DNA of 47,669 nt. Source: an uncultured bacterium. GTDB taxonomy: Bacteria > Patescibacteriota > Microgenomatia > UBA1400 > PJMF01. Under the pieces are notes generated by a model, which saw nothing but the letters and a program-made list of their open reading frames with translations, had not been told where the DNA came from and made no database searches. Of this stretch, positions 1 through 7,106 are shown in pieces; the stretch's first letter is position 1, and every line of letters begins with the position of its first letter. Position numbers and translations under genes: made by a program. The stretch is taken from contig CAUUGB010000002.1 of assembly GCA_963544615.1 (NCBI GenBank), positions 1 to 47,669 of the forward strand, given 5' to 3'.

Positions 1-55
1 TACTGCATCTTAACAGCTGACTAAGTTAAAAAATTTTGTTAGTTACCTACACTGT
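1..55. repeat. 55-nt direct repeat, copy A (identical to 507..561)
   Basis: Perfect match of tactgcatcttaacagctgactaagttaaaaaattttgttagttacctacactgt to 507..561. The copy touches the left window edge, so it may extend further left. Confidence 0.95.
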
Positions 56-162
56 AACATCAGTTTGCCCCTACCCTCGAGCATGAGCGCCTCAACTTAC
101 CAGCTAACTACTATCCTCAAGAGTTAAGTGTTCGCTCTCGCCTAGAGCAAGCGATTTCTTAC

Positions 163-501
163 TTGCTGCCTTTAGTCTCTACTGCTGGTGATGACTCTGC
201 TCCAGCAGAGCGCCGACTCTCTTGGCAGCTGGGTTACTTTTTGGTGCGAGCCGAGCGGGCTTTAGCTTACTTGCAGCCTTTTGCCTTTATTGCCACCATT
301 CTCTTGCTGCTTTTTACCTCTCAACCCTTATATCTGCTCTCCTTGGTGCTTTATCTTTTAGGCATCGCTCGTCGCTTGGTGATTATCCCAGCTAGACCTC
401 CAGAAATGCCCCCATGGGATAGTGGTGAGGGGTCAAGTGGAGACACTACCTTGCCGCAGGTGGAGGCAGAGAATTTGTCCACTGAAAATGATTTCAGCTA
501 A
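163..501 (+). CDS. hypothetical small membrane protein on a GC-rich insert
   Basis: ORF-track ORF with a TTG start; the frame is open from nt 58. Two hydrophobic helices (FAFIATILLLLF, LYLLSLVLYLLGI). Visibly GC-richer than the flanks. No clear promoter or RBS and no family recognised. It may be a gene fragment. Confidence 0.35.
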   Translation: MLPLVSTAGDDSAPAERRLSWQLGYFLVRAERALAYLQPFAFIATILLLLFTSQPLYLLSLVLYLLGIARRLVIIPARPPEMPPWDSGEGSSGDTTLPQVEAENLSTENDFS

Positions 502-506
502 AAACT

Positions 507-561
507 TACTGCATCTTAACAGCTGACTAAGTTAAAAAATTTTGTTAGTTACCTACACTGT
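507..561. repeat. 55-nt direct repeat, copy B (identical to 1..55)
   Basis: Perfect 55/55 identity with 1..55. Similarity stops abruptly at 56 versus 562. The copy lies 20 nt from the alaS stop codon. Confidence 0.95.
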
Positions 562-581
562 CTGTAGAGTAGAACTAAATC

Positions 582-2411
582 TTAGGGGGTTAAGCTAAAT
601 TCCAGATATAATCGACGTACTCCAGCCCCAGCACTGCCTTGTTTACTAATTTTAATGGGAGGAATTTCACCAGTATGTGTTACATGAGGTCCAGTGCAGA
701 TTTCTTGACTAACTTGACCAATTTGAAAAACGGTAACTTTATCGGGATAGCGAGCGGCAAAGCTGCTGCCACCCACCAAATCTAAGGCTTCTTTTTTGTC
801 ATATATTTGGTGACTAACTGGTAAATCTTGTTTAATCCAGTCATTGATTTGTTGCCCAATGGTATCTAATTGAACTGCACTTAAAGCCTGAGGAAAATTA
901 AAATCAAACCGAGCTCGCTCACTGGTAATATTAGAGCCTTTCTGTCTGATACTATCATCTAAATGTTTTCTTAAAGCTGCCAAAAGTAAGTGAGCCGCAG
1001 TGTGAAATTTAATTGTGTTATCTTGATGATCAGCTAAACCACTTTTGAATTTATGTTTTTCGCCACCTTTGGAGATTTGTTGGTGGTGTTTTTTAGCTGC
1101 TAGATAATCCTGGTAGTCAAGTTGTTGTCCGTTTTTGGCGGCTATTTCTTGGGTAATTTCCCAGGGAAAGCCATAGCTTTCATAAAGAAAAAAAGCTGTT
1201 TCACCGTCGAGAACGGCTGTTTTTTGCATGCGTTTGATGCCTTTTTCTAAAGTAGCTTGAAAATGGTTAACTTCTTTTTGCAAAATGCTAGTAATTTGCT
1301 GTTGTTTTTTGTTAATTTCTGGGTATGAATGAGCATAAAGTTGGCCAATAGTTGTGACTAAAGCAACTAGTTTGTCAGTTGACAGTTGCAACTCATGGCA
1401 CATTACGACACTGCGGCGAATTAGGCGGCGCAGCAAATATCCCTGCTCTTTATTACTGGGGGTAAGATTTTCACTCATTAACATCACACCAGAGCGCAGG
1501 TGATCGGCAATAATTCGCAAACAGCGCTGTTGCTCAGGGTGAGCACTGGCGTAATGAAGATTGGTGTTGGCAGTTAATTGCTGCATAATTGGGGCAAATA
1601 AACTAGTTTGAAACAAATCATTTTGATTTTCTACTGCCATTAAAGCTCGCTCTAAACCACCACCATAGTCAACGTTTTTGGCTGGCAAATTAACAAATTT
1701 ATCAATTTGTTTTTGATATTGCATAAACACACTGTTGCCAATTTCAATAAAGCGACCGCAATCGCAATTGGGGTGGCAAGGTTTTTTAGCCCAAACTGAA
1801 GCTTGATGGAGTCCCAGTTCACTGCCAAAATCATAAAATATTTCGCTGTCGGCTCCGCCCGGTTCATTGGGGGGCATTTTAGCTGGTGTACCAGAGCGGC
1901 TCCACCAATTTTTATCGTCACCATAGGTAAAAATACGCTCACCTAATTTGGCTGCTATGCCGTGTTTAGCAAAAATAGCTTGCCATAATTGAATAGCTTC
2001 ATCATCTCTTGGTAGAGAAAATTTTTTATTACCGGCATAAACGCTCACATAAAGTCTCTGGGGGTCTAAACCAAGCTCACTAGTAAAAAAATCAAACACC
2101 CAAGGCAATTGTTCTTTTTTAAAATAATCACCAAAAGACCAGTTGCCCAACATTTCAAAAAAAGTACTGTGACGAGCATCGCCAACTTCTTCAATATCAA
2201 CACTGCGAAAACATTTTTGACAGTTGCAAACGCGCTTGCCAGCAGGATGGGTTTGGCCTAAAAAATATGGTAAAAGTGGTTGCATGCCACTAGAAGTAAA
2301 CAGAGTAGAAGAGTCGTTTTCGGGAATTAAGGGTGCTCCGGTAATTACGCTGTGAGCACGATGTTTATAAAAATCTAAAAATTTTTGGCGAATTTTATCA
2401 ATGGTTTGCAT
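582..2411 (-). CDS. alaS: alanine--tRNA ligase (short form without C-Ala domain)
   Basis: Class II AlaRS core motifs (FTSSGMQP, FFEMLGNWSFGDYFK). Editing-domain motifs HTAAHLL and CTGPHV. At 609 aa it is well below the roughly 870 aa of canonical AlaRS. Confidence 0.95.
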   Translation of the reverse strand: MQTIDKIRQKFLDFYKHRAHSVITGAPLIPENDSSTLFTSSGMQPLLPYFLGQTHPAGKRVCNCQKCFRSVDIEEVGDARHSTFFEMLGNWSFGDYFKKEQLPWVFDFFTSELGLDPQRLYVSVYAGNKKFSLPRDDEAIQLWQAIFAKHGIAAKLGERIFTYGDDKNWWSRSGTPAKMPPNEPGGADSEIFYDFGSELGLHQASVWAKKPCHPNCDCGRFIEIGNSVFMQYQKQIDKFVNLPAKNVDYGGGLERALMAVENQNDLFQTSLFAPIMQQLTANTNLHYASAHPEQQRCLRIIADHLRSGVMLMSENLTPSNKEQGYLLRRLIRRSVVMCHELQLSTDKLVALVTTIGQLYAHSYPEINKKQQQITSILQKEVNHFQATLEKGIKRMQKTAVLDGETAFFLYESYGFPWEITQEIAAKNGQQLDYQDYLAAKKHHQQISKGGEKHKFKSGLADHQDNTIKFHTAAHLLLAALRKHLDDSIRQKGSNITSERARFDFNFPQALSAVQLDTIGQQINDWIKQDLPVSHQIYDKKEALDLVGGSSFAARYPDKVTVFQIGQVSQEICTGPHVTHTGEIPPIKISKQGSAGAGVRRLYLEFSLTP

Positions 2412-2420
2412 ATAACTTTT

Positions 2421-2495
2421 TGGAGCCCCCTACTGGTAACGCTCCAGTTCCTAGGGGTTACAAAACCCTTGTACTAACTTTTATACTAAGGGGGC
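2421..2495 (-). ncRNA. tRNA-like cloverleaf (Thr-UGU-like anticodon loop, non-canonical D and T loops) with encoded CCA, 9 nt upstream of alaS ATG
   Basis: Hand fold of the minus strand. Acceptor GCCCCCU/AGGGGGC, U8 A9, and D arm GUAU/GUAC with loop AAAAGUUA. Anticodon arm AGGGU/CCCCU with loop UUUGUAA, and variable region AGGA. T arm ACUGG/CCAGU (G53-C61 present) with loop AGCGUUA. Discriminator U, then CCA. G19 and the UUC of the T loop are absent. Confidence 0.5.
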
Positions 2496-2507
2496 TTTTA
2501 AGCTTTA

Positions 2508-2513
2508 ATTATA
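2508..2513 (-). promoter_or_regulatory. -10 box (TATAAT) for the tRNA-like element / alaS transcript
   Basis: The minus strand reads TATAAT 12 nt upstream of position 1 of the cloverleaf. A weak -35 (TTCGAT) lies about 17 nt further up and overlaps the divergent yvcK -10. Confidence 0.45.
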
Positions 2514-2542
2514 ACATTGCCTAGAGTATAATCGAAGACAGA

Positions 2543-3538
2543 GTGAAAAAAGTAGTCGTTATTGGTGGTGGTACTGGCACGGCAACAGTGCTGAGTTCTT
2601 TGGTAGGGGACGAAGAGTTAAGTTTAACAGGAATTGTTTCTATTGCCGATTCTGGTGGCTCTACTGGTAGACTACGTGATGAATTTGGTTTTATTCCGGT
2701 GGGTGATGTCAGGCAGTGTTTGGGAGCTTTGGCAGTGGGAGAAAATAGTAATTTGGTCAGAGAACTTTTGCTTTATCGGTTTCCTCAACAATCAAGTTTG
2801 GTAGGTCATAATTTGGGTAACTTAATTTTAACTGCTTTAACTGATTTATATCAAACTCCAGGTAAAGCTATTGAGGTAGCCAGCAAAATTCTTCGCCTCA
2901 AAGGGCAAGTTTTTCCCATTTCACAAACTCCAGCCGATTTAGTAATTGAATATAGCGATGGGAGCATGGTGGTGGGTGAAGATTATTTAAATTACCACCA
3001 GCATGGCGGCAAACAAATTAAGCGCATTAGTTTAAAGCAAAAACCAGCTATTTATCAGCGTGCCAAACAAGCTATTTTAGCTGCGGATTTAATTATTTTT
3101 GGACCGGGAGATTTGTATGCTAGTTTGCTACCTAATACCTTAGTGAGAGGTTTTAAGCCCACTTTGCGCCGGTCAGTGGCAACTTATGTTTATATTGCTA
3201 ATTTAATGACCAATTACGCTCAAACTCACTTAATGACTGCTCGTGACCATTTGCAAGAAGTCATTACTTATTCTGGGAGAGTGCCAGATTGGGTAGTCAT
3301 TAATCAGCAACCGATTAAAAATCAGCGCTTGGTTGCCAGTTACCAGCAGCAAGGTTCTAGTCCTTTAGTAGATGATTTGAGTTTTTTACCCTTTAAGATT
3401 AAAGTGTGTCGTGCCAATTTACTTGCTGCTACTCTAGCAGCGCAAAATAAAAATGATCAACTGGAGCGTAATTATTTGCGTCACCACGCTAAAAATTTAC
3501 ATCGAGTGATTAAAAATATTCTCAATGAAAAAAAGTAA
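2543..3538 (+). CDS. YvcK/CofD-family protein (UPF0052, gluconeogenesis factor-like)
   Basis: N-terminal VVVIGGGTGTATVL glycine loop and the SIADSGGSTGRLR motif typical of the CofD/YvcK family. GTG start 10 nt after TATAAT (2527..2532). Confidence 0.85.
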   Translation: MKKVVVIGGGTGTATVLSSLVGDEELSLTGIVSIADSGGSTGRLRDEFGFIPVGDVRQCLGALAVGENSNLVRELLLYRFPQQSSLVGHNLGNLILTALTDLYQTPGKAIEVASKILRLKGQVFPISQTPADLVIEYSDGSMVVGEDYLNYHQHGGKQIKRISLKQKPAIYQRAKQAILAADLIIFGPGDLYASLLPNTLVRGFKPTLRRSVATYVYIANLMTNYAQTHLMTARDHLQEVITYSGRVPDWVVINQQPIKNQRLVASYQQQGSSPLVDDLSFLPFKIKVCRANLLAATLAAQNKNDQLERNYLRHHAKNLHRVIKNILNEKK

Positions 3539-4250
3539 AATAATTAAACCAGCTTGGCGAGAACTTGTTTTTTTTAATGCTAATGCAAATGAACTCAATT
3601 TTGCCGCGAAAAAAGACAGTGGTTTTTTATTAACCCAAACTCTAGATTTGGCGCAGTCAGCTGGGGTGGAAAGTTTAATTTTTATCTCTCATCCTGAAGC
3701 CACTAGTTTCAAAAAAAAGCTGCGTCTTTTAGCAGTGCATTATCCGCTACGGATAGTCACTCACCCTTGGCAAACTGCCTACGATGTGTGGGGTAATTTA
3801 GAAAGCATTAGCGGGGAGCTGAGTTATACTTGGGTACTGAGTCCCTGGCCTAATTGGCAGTTCGCTTATCAATTTGCCCAACTGAGTGCCTTTGCTGCTC
3901 CAGTGGTTTTAGCAGCTGCTGCTACTTATCATCCCAAGTGGTGGTTTACTGGTAATTGGCTGACACTGGAGAAAACATATGTCAAAAAAGTAACTTGGCT
4001 ACCTGAAAGAGGACTTTACCCAGTTTTGCCGATAGCCAAATATTCGCTAGACTTTAATAAATTTGGCTTAAAGCGTTTGGTTGCTGGTGAAAAATTAGCC
4101 ACAGTTTTAACTGCTTTTGCCAAAGATAATTTGCTTAAAGCAGTTATTTTTGAAAAAAGCAGTCAACAAATTTTGTTTACCCAAAAGAATTACTATCAAG
4201 CAAGTTTAGCCCAAATTCAACTTGCCTGGGCAAATTTGTCGCCAAAATAA
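3525..4250 (+). CDS. hypothetical protein, translationally coupled to the yvcK-like gene
   Basis: Its ATG overlaps the upstream gene by 14 nt. There is only a faint resemblance to a nucleotidyltransferase-fold N-terminus (KIIKPA..., LDLAQSAGVESLIFIS), with no glycine-rich loop. Confidence 0.55.
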   Translation: MKKSKIIKPAWRELVFFNANANELNFAAKKDSGFLLTQTLDLAQSAGVESLIFISHPEATSFKKKLRLLAVHYPLRIVTHPWQTAYDVWGNLESISGELSYTWVLSPWPNWQFAYQFAQLSAFAAPVVLAAAATYHPKWWFTGNWLTLEKTYVKKVTWLPERGLYPVLPIAKYSLDFNKFGLKRLVAGEKLATVLTAFAKDNLLKAVIFEKSSQQILFTQKNYYQASLAQIQLAWANLSPK

Positions 4251-4343
4251 TTAAGCCGATAATTTTAAATATTATTACCATTTTCTCCTTCTTTGTGGTA
4301 AAATAACTCCTAAAGCTCTCTAAAATCAAAGGAGGAGAAAAAC

Positions 4344-4826
4344 ATGAAAAAGTTTTTGTGGGCGCTGATGTTGGTGGTAGTACTTGCTGGTGTAAGTATG
4401 GCTAGCGAGTATCGTTTGGAACCCTATCAGTACTATATTGCTGATAGGGGTAGGGAACGGGTAGTTCTCTATACGAAAGTGGCAGCCTATTTTGACTACG
4501 AGGAGATGCCTGGAGTGCTGATTTCCTCGGTGGAATACGAGTGGGTGCGCCACATGGGTTATGAACGCTCGGTGACTATCGTCACTAATCAGCGTCTAGC
4601 CCGACACCTGCCCTCCGGTTGGGTGCGAAAAATGCGCGTGATTGAGCCGCCGCGCTACAGTTCACCGCGTGATGGGCGGCGGGAAGAGTATCGACCCTAC
4701 AAGAGGCGTCGACCTCGTCCTTATTACGAAGATGAAATTGAGGACATCATCGCTAATAGAGGATTAGATTTCCTTGACGATGTTGTCCATCGCTCGCTCG
4801 ATGATTTGTTCGAGCGGATGTTTTAG
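4344..4826 (+). CDS. secreted hypothetical protein with Arg/Pro/Tyr-rich and acidic C-terminal half (GC-rich cassette)
   Basis: Strong SD (aaaGGAGGAGaaaaacATG). Signal peptide MKKFLWALMLVVVLAGVSMA. GC-rich codon usage unlike the neighbours. Followed by a strong intrinsic terminator. No family recognised. Confidence 0.7.
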   Translation: MKKFLWALMLVVVLAGVSMASEYRLEPYQYYIADRGRERVVLYTKVAAYFDYEEMPGVLISSVEYEWVRHMGYERSVTIVTNQRLARHLPSGWVRKMRVIEPPRYSSPRDGRREEYRPYKRRRPRPYYEDEIEDIIANRGLDFLDDVVHRSLDDLFERMF

Positions 4827-4844
4827 TTTTTTTAGAGAGAGCTT

Positions 4845-4873
4845 GCCGAGTGGGAAATCCACTCGGCTTTTTT
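4845..4873 (+). terminator. intrinsic terminator
   Basis: Stem gccgagtgg / ccactcggc (9 bp) with loop gaaat, followed by TTTTTT. Confidence 0.85.
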
Positions 4874-4909
4874 GTGCTTTATCAGCAGCAATAAGTTATA
4901 ATAGCAGTC

Positions 4910-5812
4910 ATGTCAGTGACTACCCAATATGACTTAATTGCTCGCAATCAAAGACGCAGCGTGGTGGTAATTGCTTTTTTTGTCATTTTTGTTTCTTTAC
5001 TAGGTTTTTTGGCTTTACATGGTGGTTTGATTAATAGTCAGGAATTGTTATTTATTTCTCTAGGGAGTTTGCTTTGGTCGCTGGGAGCTTATTTTTTTTC
5101 TTCTCGGGTAATTTTAAGTTTCTCCCAAGCTAAAAAAGCCACTAAAAGTGAATTTTATCATTATTATACAGTGACAGAAAATCTTTGCTTGGGTGCTAAT
5201 ATGCCTATGCCTAAATTATACGTAATTGATGATCCAGCTTTGAATGCTTTCGCCACCGGCTTAAGCCCTCAAAGCGGAGTGATTTGTGTTACCACTGGAT
5301 TGTTGGCTAAGCTAGACCGCCATGAATTGGAAGCAGTTGTGGCTCACGAACTCTCACATATTCGCCATTTTGATATTCGTCTAGCCAGTTTAATTGCGGT
5401 AATTGGTGGAGCAGTTTTAATGCTGGTTGAAATTGTTTATCGCTCTAATTATTATGGCAGAAAAAAATCAAACAACCGGGACAATAACCCTATTTTGGCA
5501 CTAATATTTTTTGTTTTGGCAATTTTTGCCCCTTTAATTCTTAATCTTTTACAATTAGCTTTGTCGCGGCAAAGAGAATATTTGGCAGATGCTGGTAGCG
5601 CTCAGATGACCCGTAATCCTCAGGCTTTAATTAAGGCACTAAAAAAAATTAGCAGTGACCACACTCCACTGCAGCGAGCTAGTGCTGCTTTTAGCGAGAT
5701 GTATATTAGCGACCCCTTCAAAAAGAAAGACTTTTTAGCTAGAATTAGTCATCTCTTTTCTACCCATCCTAGCATCACTGAGCGGATTAAAGCATTAGAA
5801 AGCATTAGCTAA
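4910..5812 (+). CDS. htpX: HtpX-type M48 zinc metalloprotease
   Basis: HELSHIRHFD (HExxH) motif, multiple TM segments, and a C-terminal FSTHPSITERI motif typical of HtpX. TATAAT lies 7 nt upstream of the ATG. Confidence 0.9.
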   Translation: MSVTTQYDLIARNQRRSVVVIAFFVIFVSLLGFLALHGGLINSQELLFISLGSLLWSLGAYFFSSRVILSFSQAKKATKSEFYHYYTVTENLCLGANMPMPKLYVIDDPALNAFATGLSPQSGVICVTTGLLAKLDRHELEAVVAHELSHIRHFDIRLASLIAVIGGAVLMLVEIVYRSNYYGRKKSNNRDNNPILALIFFVLAIFAPLILNLLQLALSRQREYLADAGSAQMTRNPQALIKALKKISSDHTPLQRASAAFSEMYISDPFKKKDFLARISHLFSTHPSITERIKALESIS

Positions 5813-7056
5813 TTAAAGTTAACTCCAGCTGTTAAAGTTTGCAGTCTCTCCGTTAAGGCTTGAAAGCGAGCCGATGATTTGTAAATGCTGGTAAGTTGGC
5901 GATAAAAATCGCCATAATTTAAGCGAGCGTTTGCTTGCCAAGTGTAAGTTGTCGAATCGATTTTACCATTACTGGTAAATAGTTCATATAGCTGGGGAAA
6001 TTCTTGCAAAGCAAAGCATTCACCTACATATGCTTTGGCTAATAAAGAATTGTCATTACTCAATTTGCCTTGATTAGAAATGGTGACACAAAATTTATTA
6101 GCATAATAATTACTGCCATCTTCACTATTGAGGTAAATTTCTAAATTATCTTGTGGAGAGTGATAGCAAAGATTGCTTTGATTGCAGACAATCTGATGAG
6201 GAAAAGCTAAAACATTGTCTGTTACTTGAGTGCTAGAGGTGGCAGCAGTGGAGTTAGCATGGACAAAATAAAAACGATCAATATTACTGCTTGATGGGGG
6301 ATTAGCAAGAAGAACATAACGAGTGCCGGCGGCAATTGTTTGCCGGCGCAAATCAACTTGTCCAGTACAATCAACGCTGTCAGCTAAAAGCAAATTAAAG
6401 TTATGTTTAATTTCACTTGAGAGGGAAAAAGGCAACTCCGCCCAAGCTATAGTTTCTTTGCCTTGACCACTAGCAACACAGTTCATGTCTAGACTACGGC
6501 TAAAATCTTTGGCAAGTACAGCGGTCATGGAACTCACCGGTGGGAGTGAGCTATGGGAAACAGTTACCTCATTATCATCACTACTAGTGTCGGCAAAATC
6601 AGCATTTTTCTCTGCTTGTTTATTTACTACAGTTAAATAAATAATTACTCCTAAAATGATTAATAAAACTACCATGATGGCAATTATTGCTGGCAATGGG
6701 AGTTCTTTTTTACCGACTAAAGGTTGTTGAGGAGCTTGAGGTTGGTGAGGTGATGGGGGAGCCGTTGGTGAGAGCTCGTCGGTAGGATTAACACTGCCGG
6801 GAACTGCGGGGTTGGTATTTGCAGGAGTTGGTATTGAGTGGTCAATTGGTGCAGTAGGAGAATTATTTGCTGCTGAGATGGGTGTGGCTGGTGCCTGAGC
6901 CGTTTCGGCACTAGCAAGATTAACATTATTTAGAGAATTGGCAGCAGTAGCGGGTAGTGGGGCAGGGGCGCTAGGTACCGGAGTAGAATTGCTAAAAGGT
7001 AAATTAACAGGAGCAGACTGATTAGTGTCTCCTGAAGTTGGAGTGGAATTATTCAT
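5809..7056 (-). CDS. membrane-anchored protein: Pro/Ala/Ser/Thr-rich N-terminal region, one TM helix, Cys-containing C-terminal domain
   Basis: About 125 aa of low-complexity PATS-rich sequence, then the TM helix IIAIMVVLLIILGVIIYLTVV, then a roughly 270 aa globular part with several Cys. It has its own TGnTAAAAT box 6 nt from the ATG. No family recognised. Confidence 0.6.
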   Translation of the reverse strand: MNNSTPTSGDTNQSAPVNLPFSNSTPVPSAPAPLPATAANSLNNVNLASAETAQAPATPISAANNSPTAPIDHSIPTPANTNPAVPGSVNPTDELSPTAPPSPHQPQAPQQPLVGKKELPLPAIIAIMVVLLIILGVIIYLTVVNKQAEKNADFADTSSDDNEVTVSHSSLPPVSSMTAVLAKDFSRSLDMNCVASGQGKETIAWAELPFSLSSEIKHNFNLLLADSVDCTGQVDLRRQTIAAGTRYVLLANPPSSSNIDRFYFVHANSTAATSSTQVTDNVLAFPHQIVCNQSNLCYHSPQDNLEIYLNSEDGSNYYANKFCVTISNQGKLSNDNSLLAKAYVGECFALQEFPQLYELFTSNGKIDSTTYTWQANARLNYGDFYRQLTSIYKSSARFQALTERLQTLTAGVNFN

Positions 7057-7106
7057 ACTGTTATTTTAACAGCTATTAGGAGAACAGGCAAGTTTAAGGT
7101 AATAAT

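Noticed and set aside
1-561. Integron cassette with attC sites as the explanation for the 55-bp repeats.
   Set aside because: The repeat contains TTAAC...GTTAA, which is vaguely like the R''/R' core sites. However, these are only about 10 nt apart, there is no extended imperfect palindrome of attC size, and no integron integrase is nearby.
2421-2496. Plus-strand reading of the same cloverleaf as a tRNA gene.
   Set aside because: On the plus strand the arm order gives a 5-bp stem in the D position and a 4-bp stem in the T position. Conserved U8, A14 and G53-C61 are missing and no CCA follows. Only the minus-strand reading has tRNA geometry.
2412-2500. T-box riboswitch as the explanation for the structured alaS leader.
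   Set aside because: The leader is only about 90 nt. It has no T-box consensus (AGGGUGGNACCGCG-like) sequence, no specifier-loop GCU context, and no terminator/antiterminator pair.
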